Below, in pieces: positions 53,881-64,000 of a DNA stretch of 64,000 bases (positions are counted from its first letter, which is position 1; each line of letters begins with the position of its first letter). The stretch is from assembly GCA_964016885.1 (NCBI GenBank), contig OZ024741.1:168640001-168704000 (forward strand), written 5' to 3'. The notes beneath the pieces are model-generated. The model saw nothing but the letters and a program-made list of their open reading frames with translations. It ran no database searches and was not told the origin of the DNA. Position numbers and translations under genes: made by a program. Origin of the DNA: Eledone cirrhosa. Lineage: Eukaryota.

Positions 53881-54090
53881 ACTAGATATGTTCAAATCCT
53901 GCCATGTTCAATTCTTCCTTTCCATCTTTTTGAGCTGGATAAATAAAGTACCAGCTGAGTACTGGTCCATTCTTCCTCTTTATCACTTTCTTTCTCTATT
54001 TGTTTTTTTTTCTCACTTTCTTTGTAAGAACTTGGTTGTTTTCATAGTTGGAAAGGAGATAGGCTCTGTGTAGTTGATAATGCTCAAGAC

Positions 54091-54157
<67 letters not shown>

Positions 54158-54446
54158 GCACACACACATATGAATACATAGATGCACATATATACATACA
54201 CATAGATACACAAGCATACACACACAGACAAACATGGACAAGTACACTTGCTCGAAGAATCAAGAAACCCAAGAGACAAAAGCAGGCATTTGCTAGTACA
54301 TTGACCTTCCTATGTAGAATCCCCTCATGGGACCAATAATGAAATTTGATGCTACAACTTACTAAGTTGTGTAAATATTCTGTTTATGTCCAAACAAACT
54401 TTTCTTAGCATGAAGTTAAGAATTTACTGTCTGTATGTATGTATGA

Positions 54447-54582
54447 GTGCTACTGGTAGCATGAACCCAGTACCTGTCGCATGGTCAGGTTGTCGGCGAC
54501 TAAACCGGCAACCCCACCAAGTTTACTTGGTGAGGAGGGTGATTTTGGACACTCTGCTGGACAAAAAACAAAACCTGACAGG
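54447..54582 (+). mobile_element. Isolated structured 5' module of the RTE-derived family
   Basis: Matches 14799-14937. Confidence 0.7.
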
Positions 54583-56330
54583 TTTTTGGTGATTTAAGGT
54601 TCTGTAAAATCCAGTATTTTTCACTTATGCAGAGTGTGTATCTTCTTGTTCCTTTTGCATATTCTTTAGATTGGTTCAAAATTGACCAATCCAATTTATA
54701 TTGGATACCTTGGTCTTTCAAATCCCATATTCTGCTAGCCAGAGCTGATGTGAATCTTTTTTCTGGATGTCGGAAAGATGCGACATGTGAGTAATAACGC
54801 ATTTTGAATTTGTCTTGTGTCATACCCACATATCGTTCGCTGGTGGCTGGTTGGTTGTTGCTGATGGTTGTCACTTTAGCCGCATATACAATGGCTTTGG
54901 TGTTGCATTTACCTTGTAATGGGCATTCACTTTTGACTCTACAGGAGCAATTTTGATGTTCTCTGGGTGATTTCTTATTGATGATATAAGATTTAATAGG
55001 GGGACCGCAGGAGTAGCTAATTTTGACACAGTTTCTATTGAAGATCTTATAGTATCTATGTGTTCTAGGGAAATGTTTATCTAAGAGCTCTATGAATTTT
55101 TTGCCTACATTAGTTTTAACTGCTAGAGAGTAGCGGGGGTGTGAACCAGATTATTTTTCTTTTCCTATTATTATGTTTAAAAGAGTTAGTATTATTGGGT
55201 ATGTACTTAATCGGTTCGCTAAATCTGCTATTTTGAAGGGCTTTATTATAGTAGGGGATGCCTTATTGAAAATAGCTTCTGAGGAAGAGAGGGTGGAGAT
55301 CCTACAGCTAATATTAGGGATAAGGTTTTTAAAAACTATAGGAGGATGGCAAGAGCCTTTATTTATATATTTTAAATTTTCATTAGGTTTATGGTATGGT
55401 TTATAAGAAGCAGTAGGCAAATCTAGGTTTATATCTAGAAAATTAACAATAGTAATTTTAAGATTAAAACTAGCGAAGGTTTTTATTAAGTCTTTCCTCA
55501 ATCTATCTAAGTTATGGCCTATGGTCGTATGGGAAAGTATTAGACCATCGTCGCGATAAAGCCCAAAAATATGGTTAGGGAATTTTTCTTTAAGTGTGTG
55601 TAGGAGGAATAGGCCGACTAAATCACAAACATCAGCACTGTCAAAAGAGCCCATTGAGACATCGAATGGGTTCTCTGGGTTAGATATTTTTACCCAAGTG
55701 TCATTATCAGTAAAGAGTAGAGTATTTCTAGCATGCAAGATGACATTCTCTTCAATATCAGAAATATTAGTAAACTTTCTAGCGAAATTTAAGGCTTTCG
55801 CTAAAAGAGTCTGAGTGATAGACGGGTAGAAATCTACAATGTCAAATTGGGTGAATCTAGAACTATTTTTATCTTTAATATTATTAAACCAATGTATTAC
55901 GGAAGAGCTATTTATCCATTGGAGTAATTCAGACTTACTTCTAATCTGTGTGTTTATATTATTTAATTTTTTTTTGCTGGCAAGACCGATATCAGTCTTA
56001 GCAGGGTTGATTAATAAAGTCAGCTTTGTGATCTTTAAGGGTGATATATGTATTACGTTTAGCAAGTTTTTCTGTCCTATTATCTATTTTAAAAGAACTA
56101 GCTAATTCTTTAGCTTCCTTATTTATATTATTATACGTGTTTATATTAGCTATTTGGTATTTAGAAGTGATGTTATCTATTAAGAGTTGGTCATGTAAAT
56201 TATTATTAACTTCGTATAAGTTTTTAGTTTTGTCGGAGAAAATGAACTTATTTTTAGAAGATTTGAATATTGAAATATCATTAGATAGTTTAGATTGAAG
56301 GGTTAGAGTACTTACGAAAATTGATATTGT
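54583..56330 (-). pseudogene. Penelope-like element (RT, Cys-rich linker, GIY-YIG), frameshifted
   Basis: FDIVDFYPSI, MGSFDSADVCDLVG, GLYRDDGL, VNFLDINL; linker CSCRVKSECPLQGKC; IVY..YVGMT..FKMRY..H..EKYWIL. Confidence 0.92.
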
Positions 56331-56672
56331 TGATTATATATATATATATATATATATATACAATATGTTGAAAAGGTAATACACCAGAGAGAGATATACA
56401 GTGCGTTATCAATAATACAGGGAAAAAAACCACCAGTGTATGGAATCTATAACCTATGAAAGGCAGACTATAGACACGATAATTAAAAATATAAATTAAA
56501 GCGTAAATAAATACCTCTATAACTATATAACACACGTACAAATCCAAAGATATGTTTCACCAATAATTTGTTGAAAGAAATGGGTTAGTCTCGGTTCATC
56601 CACGAACCAAAGTATCGTCTTCCTGTCTTCCTCCGGTTGCAAAGTTTTTTGAAATATCCACTTCTGCGTTTA

Positions 56673-56746
56673 CAGATTGACTTTGTTAGTTTCAGAAGAT
56701 CCCGTTAAGGGTGAAAGCAGCTATTCTTTGCTTAAACTTTAATCTG
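56673..56746 (+). ncRNA. Type-I hammerhead-like motif with U4A core
   Basis: CAGAUUGA-cuuuguu-AGUUU-CAGAAGA-UCCCGUUAAGGGU-GAAA-GCA-gcuauucuu-UGC-UU-AAACU-UUAAUCUG: all three helices pair. Confidence 0.7.
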
Positions 56747-58286
56747 TTATTTTAATAAATATTTGCTCTACGGTTCTTATATATTTGATATATATTTATC
56801 CTTATCGAGCCCTCTTTGGATTTTAGTCTTGAAATTTATTATTATTACTATATATATATATATATATTCTATAAATTCCATAATGTCTTTTGTTATGATG
56901 TAATTAGCCACATAATACACATTTCAGAATTGGATAGACACAAAAGACATTGAGTGTTTTCTCCTAATTCCACCATTTCTCATTGTGGAGACACATGCAG
57001 AATCCCAGCTAACATTTAGTAAACATTCAATAACATATTCTCTTTAGAAGCTGCTGGACACTTTTTTCCATCTATAACGGTTTTTTACCCAATTCTCTAA
57101 GCTGTGTTCACAGCTATTTTCCTGCATTGAAGATTATTAACATTTTCTAAAATAAAAGTAATAATAATAATTGTTATTAGATTTTCTAAAATAAAAGTAA
57201 TAATAATAATAATTATTATTATCATAATATTATTAAATGGAGTATTAAAACTGGTTTATCAAATGGTTAGAAGCTCTGAGGTTCACGTAGAGCTGTTATA
57301 TATATGCATGGTCAAACTGACGTTTGTTTCAGTTGATCTAAACTTTGTCCCGGTGTCATAGAACTGCAGTCCAAAAACCCTCAAAATTTTGAATTTTAAA
57401 ATTAAAAAAAAAATTTTTTTTTAATAAATTTTTTAAATATTTTTATAACTTGACCTTCAGGAGTTGGTTCAAGGTCGGAATCATCAGAGTTTATTCTTGC
57501 ATATCGATATTTCACATAGGTTCTTAACTCATATCAATCACAACAATGACAACAATAATGAGAGACAGCAAGAATATTAAAATAAGTACGAAATTTCGAG
57601 AAATCTCCAACAGCTATAGATTTTCTTGTGAAGAAACACGTAGAGGATTCCTTAAAAATCTTTTTCAAACAAACCTTTTCGAGACACTAGCTTCAATAGT
57701 CAGTTTACAGCCACCACACTCTAAGTATTCTTAAACTGACTCTTGTTACTGTCTTTCTTTTGTTCTTGAGAATAACTAGCATCGAGAGCATTTGTGGGAC
57801 TGCTCATACTAACATAAAAGCTCTTTTTGCAGGCAGTCCCCGAATCAAATTTTCAATTTTCTATTTTCTTTTACCTGTCTTCCATTATTTGTTTGGGTTC
57901 AATATAATTCTGTTAAGTAATTCTGTGAATAACGCCTGATGTGATTGCCCTGTCCTGCATCCTATTCGGATGATGAAGATGGGACATCGAAATATGTATT
58001 GTGATTTTGCAGAATTAATATTCTAAAGCAAATTTTGCAGCCTGGTCTCCTGTTAGTGTTTAATATATATGTATATATATGTTAAACCTTTCTGTATCTA
58101 TTGTAGTTATATTATATGTATAGCTAGTGCCTTCGGACGGTTTTCTTGGTGTTATACTTTATAACTGTTGTTTACTCCGGACCTAATGTTTGTTTTTAAC
58201 TTTTGATCCATTGAGTGCTTTGTGATTACCTCAAAGAAAACAAATAGTACTTGCTGTACAACAGCTAAACTTTGATTTACAACTAT

Positions 58287-58322
<36 letters not shown>

Positions 58323-58344
58323 AGTGTGTGTGTGTGTGCGTGTC

Positions 58345-58499
<155 letters not shown>

Positions 58500-58679
58500 G
58501 TATATAATCTCTCAGAGAAAGAGATAAGAACAAGGTAGAAAATAAGGAAGAACAAAGCAGTTAAATGGATAAATGTAAAAATATGATAGAAAAAACAGAG
58601 AGAAAGAAAAGAGTAAACACAACAGGATAAATAGAACCACATGTTACACTTTATCTTCGGATTAACTTCTTAGGGTTTC

Positions 58680-58752
<73 letters not shown>

Positions 58753-58818
58753 TATATGTATATACATACATATGGTTTTATAAATATAGTTTCCATCTGT
58801 TAATATATTGTATATATG

Positions 58819-58849
<31 letters not shown>

Positions 58850-58928
58850 ATATATATATATGTATATATATATATTTATACATATATATATATATTTATA
58901 CATATATATATATTTATACATATATGTG

Positions 58929-58971
<43 letters not shown>

Positions 58972-59487
58972 AATCATATATATATATATATATATATATA
59001 TAGTCAGAGAGACAGATAAGAGCAAGGTATAAAATAAGAAGAGAGTGTCATATAAAGTTATAAATGTAGGAATATGACAGAAAAGAGTAAATATAGATAG
59101 AAAAATATATTATGCTTTATCTCTGATTAACTTGTCTAGGTTTCTGTTGTTGTTTGTTCAAAGTTTTACTTAATTGTTTCTTTGTTTTTTTTAAGATCTA
59201 ATGCTAGTATTTTTACATTTACATGTGTAAGGCCCATACTTTTGTATGAATAGTTAGGTGTTTATTTTAGTTTACTTTTTTATTATGAACTACTCAACCA
59301 TTAAGTATTTGTGACTTCTAATACAACTAGGTCGACTAATGTACTTTTCTGGAATCATGATTTAACATTTGACTCTTTTAAACCTCCTAAATTGACACTA
59401 TGGTCAGTGACACAAAAAATATTTTATTTAAAGTGTTTATATTTATCTTAAAACTCTTCCATATATATATATATATATATATATATA

Positions 59488-59724
59488 CATGGAGGATGAC
59501 TGATGGGTAAAGAAGTGCCAAGAAATGCCAGTAGAAGGAAGACGCAGTAGCGGAACACCACAAAAAACATGGGCGGAGGTGATGAGAGCGGACCTCAGAC
59601 CGCTGAAGCTCACGGAGGAGATGACAAAGGACCGTGACAAGTGGAAAGATGCTGTGCTGAATAGGACCCATCCCACCCTTGCAAGCAGGGAAAGGCGGAC
59701 GGAAAATGATGATGATGATGATAT
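59488..59724 (+). mobile_element. RTE 3' end, same family as 18485-18860
   Basis: PVEGRRSSGTPQKTWAEVMRADL..TKDRDKWKDAV; (GAT)n tail. Confidence 0.9.
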
Positions 59725-60169
59725 ATAGTTATACTTTAGGAGGGTCATGCTGCCAATAACAAAAAAAAAAAAAAAGAATACATCACCTATTGGTTTTCAA
59801 TTCAAATTATTACAAATTTCCGTTTGGTTGGTTTAATAAATGGATGGTTATTTATTTATTGTCAAAACTCTTTCATCACACATTCTGTGACCTCCTCAGT
59901 GAGTAATTTGTTATTTTGTGTCTCTCCATTTTTCTGTCCTACACCATCCTCTTTTTGTGTGTTATGTGCTGTGTACTTGGTTTGCGCATGCATTATATCC
60001 GGGTGTCGGTGTGTTTTTATTTATCTATTTATATGTTTATTTACTTGTCATTAGTTGGTTGCTTGTTTTATTTGTGCATGGTTTGTTTTATTAGTTTGGT
60101 TCCTGTGTGTCTCTGTATGTCTTTATCTTGTCCTTAGCAAGTAATTAAGGACAAGATAAAGACATACAT

Positions 60170-60825
60170 CTAGCCCGTTCTTATCCTTGCTATCACACTT
60201 TTAGTGCATCCTCATCCACTACTAATCTGATTGCCTAGGTAGCAAAAGCTGTCCACAACTTCTAGAGAGCTCCTTTTGCTGCCAAGGGAATCTATTTCAT
60301 GTGCATTCTTTGTGCTTACTTCTCCTACGAATCTGCCACAAATAATGTCTATCTTTTCTGTTAGCCTACCTGCAATCTCACTACATCTCTTGTGCATCCA
60401 GCGATCACCATCCATACACATCACATGTCTGTACCAAAGCAATCTTCTCTCTTGCACACCACTTCGGATTCCTCTTAAACCCAGTTTTTACCACAGTTCA
60501 TCCAGGCTCTGCCTTTCTCTCACATTTACATTGCACATCCAATGAAGCATGCTTCATTTCTCTCCAGCCTACACATATCCTCTGCAGTCGCTGCTCATGT
60601 TTTGCTACCATGCAGCATTTCACTTTGCAAAGAGGCATCATATAGCCATCCCTTTGTACATAGGAAGAAACCTTTTATTGTCAACCGAGGGAGTAACTTC
60701 CTAAACTTCTTTCTTATTAGTTTTCGTTTTATCCCACTACATCTCTTGTGTACCCAAAATTTACATTGCGAAAGTCATATAAAGTTTATACATCCTCTTT
60801 TACATATTGAGAAGGCCCGCTTAGC
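60170..60825 (-). mobile_element. Rearranged RTE C-terminal fragments
   Basis: QERRLLWYRHVM fused to WMHKRCSEIAGRL..VVDSFCYLG. Confidence 0.8.
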
Positions 60826-60965
60826 TGGAGGAATAAGAGTTTTTCTGATCTAGCTGTTGAAATGGCTGGAGCTCAGCTGTTGGGGTCCGGAATTTTTCAT
60901 ATATATATATATGTAGACACAAATATATATGTACACACACACATGTATATATATATATATATATA

Positions 60966-61105
60966 TATTAAAATAACAGATTAAAGTTTAAGCAAAGAAT
61001 CACTGCTTTCACCCTTAACTGGATCTTCTGAAAAGCGTTTCAGAAGATCCCGTTAAGGTTGAAAGCAGCGATTCTTTGCTTAAACTTTAATCTGTTATTT
61101 TAATA
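60966..61105. repeat. 68-bp-arm palindrome built from the U4A hammerhead element
   Basis: Arms are reverse complements around agcg (61034-61037); 61038-61200 matches 56690-56850. Confidence 0.9.
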
Positions 61106-61193
61106 AATTTTTGCTCTACGGTTCTTATATATTTGATGTATATTTATCCTTATCGAGCCATCTTTGGATTTTAGTCTTCAAATTTATTATTAT

Positions 61194-61234
<41 letters not shown>

Positions 61235-61241
61235 GAGAGAG

Positions 61242-61276
<35 letters not shown>

Positions 61277-61785
61277 TAGATATATATATTTATGTATATA
61301 TATATATAGATACCATACATAATATATAGATATATTTATTGTCAATATTTATAAAATTTTATGAATACTTACATATATATATATATTTATATATATATAT
61401 ATATTATGTATGGTATCAGTATATATGAAATATATGTATAGATTATTATAGAAAACACATATGGCACCTGGGGTCTGATGGTATCCGTTGCCACCATACC
61501 AGTAATTGGTGGAAGTTGATTATTGTTATGCAAGGAGTGTTTTGGTGTGATTTTGAAAAGCATGATTGGTTTATACTTTGTCTTTTGCAGTGCATGTCTC
61601 ATGAATGTTATTGGGTTTATGTCTATGAATTGCATTTGCTTGAGTTTTTGGATAGCATTGGACTGGTGTAGTTTGTTTGCATTCAATTTAATATAAATCA
61701 TTTATAATTATATCTAGCAGTGAAAACGGATGTTAATTGATGATGTTTATTTATATATGTATTTCATATATATTCACATAAATAA

Positions 61786-61864
<79 letters not shown>

Positions 61865-61890
61865 GATAGATACACACACACACACATACA

Positions 61891-62227
61891 CATCATCATC
61901 ATCATTTTACATCCGCTTTTCCCTGCTTGCAAGGGTGGGACGGGAACTGATTCTGGCTTGATTTCTACAGCTGGATGCTCTTCCTAACACCAACCTCATT
62001 TACAGTGAGTGCTGGGTGCTTTTTTGCCATGGCACTTCCACGACCACTTTGCAGTGGAATGATAGGGACCCCAGTCCTTATCATCTCATTTCTACAGCTG
62101 AATAAACTGGAGCAATGTGAAATAAAGTGTCTTGCTCAAGGAAACAACACATCACCCGGTCTGAGAATTGAACTCACAACCTATCGATTGCAAGGCCAAT
62201 GCTCTAACCACTAAGCCATGTGCTTCC
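61891..62227 (-). mobile_element. tRNA / V-like SINE with an RTE-derived tail
   Basis: Minus-strand tggcttagtggttagag A-box, gagttcaattc B-box, V-like core, RTE UTR repeats, (GAT)n. Confidence 0.85.
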
Positions 62228-62279
62228 ATATATATACATATAAATATATATGTGTATATATCTATATATCTATATATAT

Positions 62280-62746
<467 letters not shown>

Positions 62747-64000
62747 GATATTAATAAATGGAAACTATATTTATAAAACCATATTTATTTCATTATACAT
62801 ATTTCAGGGATACCACATTAAATTATGGTATGCCTTCATCAGACAAAATACAATATATAACAGTTTTACAAATAGGTTTGACGTACCCTTTAAAATACAA
62901 CCATTACTTTTGGAGGCTGTCCGGATAGTGATTTGTTTATATAATAAGTCATAGAAAAAGACGGAGAGAAAGAAAGAGAAAAGAACAAAGACAGAGAGAG
63001 AGAAAGAAAAGAGAAAGAAAACCTGGAGAAATATCGGAGAGAGAAATGTATGGAGAAAAGAAAGACATAGATAGAGATAGGAGGAAATAAAAAAAAGAAA
63101 GAAAAGGAAGGAATAAGAAAAACAAAGGAAAGCAACAGAGAGATATCAAGTCATCATACAGAAAAAGAAACTCAAGAGAGAGAAATACTATATAGAGAGA
63201 GGGGGACAGTGACAACTTTACGTCATGTCATATTAAGTTAAGTTAACAATTTATATGAAATGAATAATAAAAATATAAATATAAGTACCAATATTCATGA
63301 ATGGGACATAGATATATAATATGAGAAATTAAACATTGTTCAATAATGACTATATGTTTAGTTTAGAAACTTGAGATCAATATACCAAAATCTGAGTTCA
63401 AAATGTACCCTTGCTATAGAGATTAGTATTTTATGCAAAGACATACAAATATATATGTATATATACATACATATAGATACGCACGTCCTGAAAATATAAA
63501 TTATGTTTACTCAAGCCAACAATATAACCATACAAAACGTAAATGATTTCTCTTAATCACTGCTATACACTCATTGTGTTATAAAAATTTCATAGTATAT
63601 ATATACAAATATATACGATTAACAATCATGTCCTCATATATACGATTACCATTCATGTGTTTAATATTATGGCAATCTGCAAGATACCTCTCAACCACAT
63701 AGATATATACACATACATATATACGCATACATATGTATAAATAAATATTTGCGTGCGTCCTCATGCATCACTCATGTATATATACAGACACATATACAAA
63801 CACAAAAAATCTATAACACTTTCTATGCATGTTAATACACACATATGCATTTGTATAGAGATAATCCAATATCAATAAATTACCAAAGGATTATAATTTG
63901 TAAATATAACCACAACAATACAAATTTAAAATACCAAAGGAATATATTTTGGAAATGCAACTATATAGTCAAAAGAAATCTAGAAATATCAAAGCATCAA

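Noticed and set aside
54583-56330. Intact autonomous PLE as the local driver of the 310-bp array
   Set aside because: Frameshifted and truncated, and no sequence shared with the array unit was seen; any driver must lie elsewhere.
56545-56605. Minus-strand GGATGA-acc...ggt-GAAAC motif
   Set aside because: The core lacks C3/U4 and no helix I was found.
57930-58000. Hammerhead-like CTGATGT...gggacatc-GAAA
   Set aside because: A9 is mutated and helix I is not evident; probably a decayed pLTR but too degenerate to call.
58505-59150. Two diverged copies of a 150-175-bp purine-rich segment after (TA)n
   Set aside because: The similarity is real but low-complexity; only a minus-strand GAAAC half-motif is visible, which is insufficient for a call.

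Overview
AT-rich, microsatellite-dense, non-coding animal DNA. The repeat landscape (MetaSINE- and V-SINE-like tRNA SINEs, RTE, CR1, Tx1 and R4-like LINE relics, Penelope-like elements, non-autonomous Helitrons, very long (TA)n/(TG)n tracts) suggests a coleoid cephalopod such as Octopus; that is an inference. No intact host protein-coding exon could be supported: every recognisable ORF is a decayed retroelement fragment or a microsatellite translation. The standout is a tandem array at 9761-11110 (4.35 identical 310-bp units). Each full unit carries a complete minimal type-I hammerhead ribozyme on the minus strand with a palindromic helix III, embedded in a multi-hairpin unit and flanked by (TA)n. 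This is a candidate young retrozyme (self-cleaving, circular-RNA retroelement). About ten further hammerhead-like motifs occur in the window, including recurrent core variants (U4C, U4A, C3U/G8A) and fold-back palindromes that pivot at the hammerhead core. Remnants of Penelope-like RT/GIY-YIG elements, the kind that could mobilise such RNAs, lie alongside them. Boundaries of decayed elements are approximate and read by eye.
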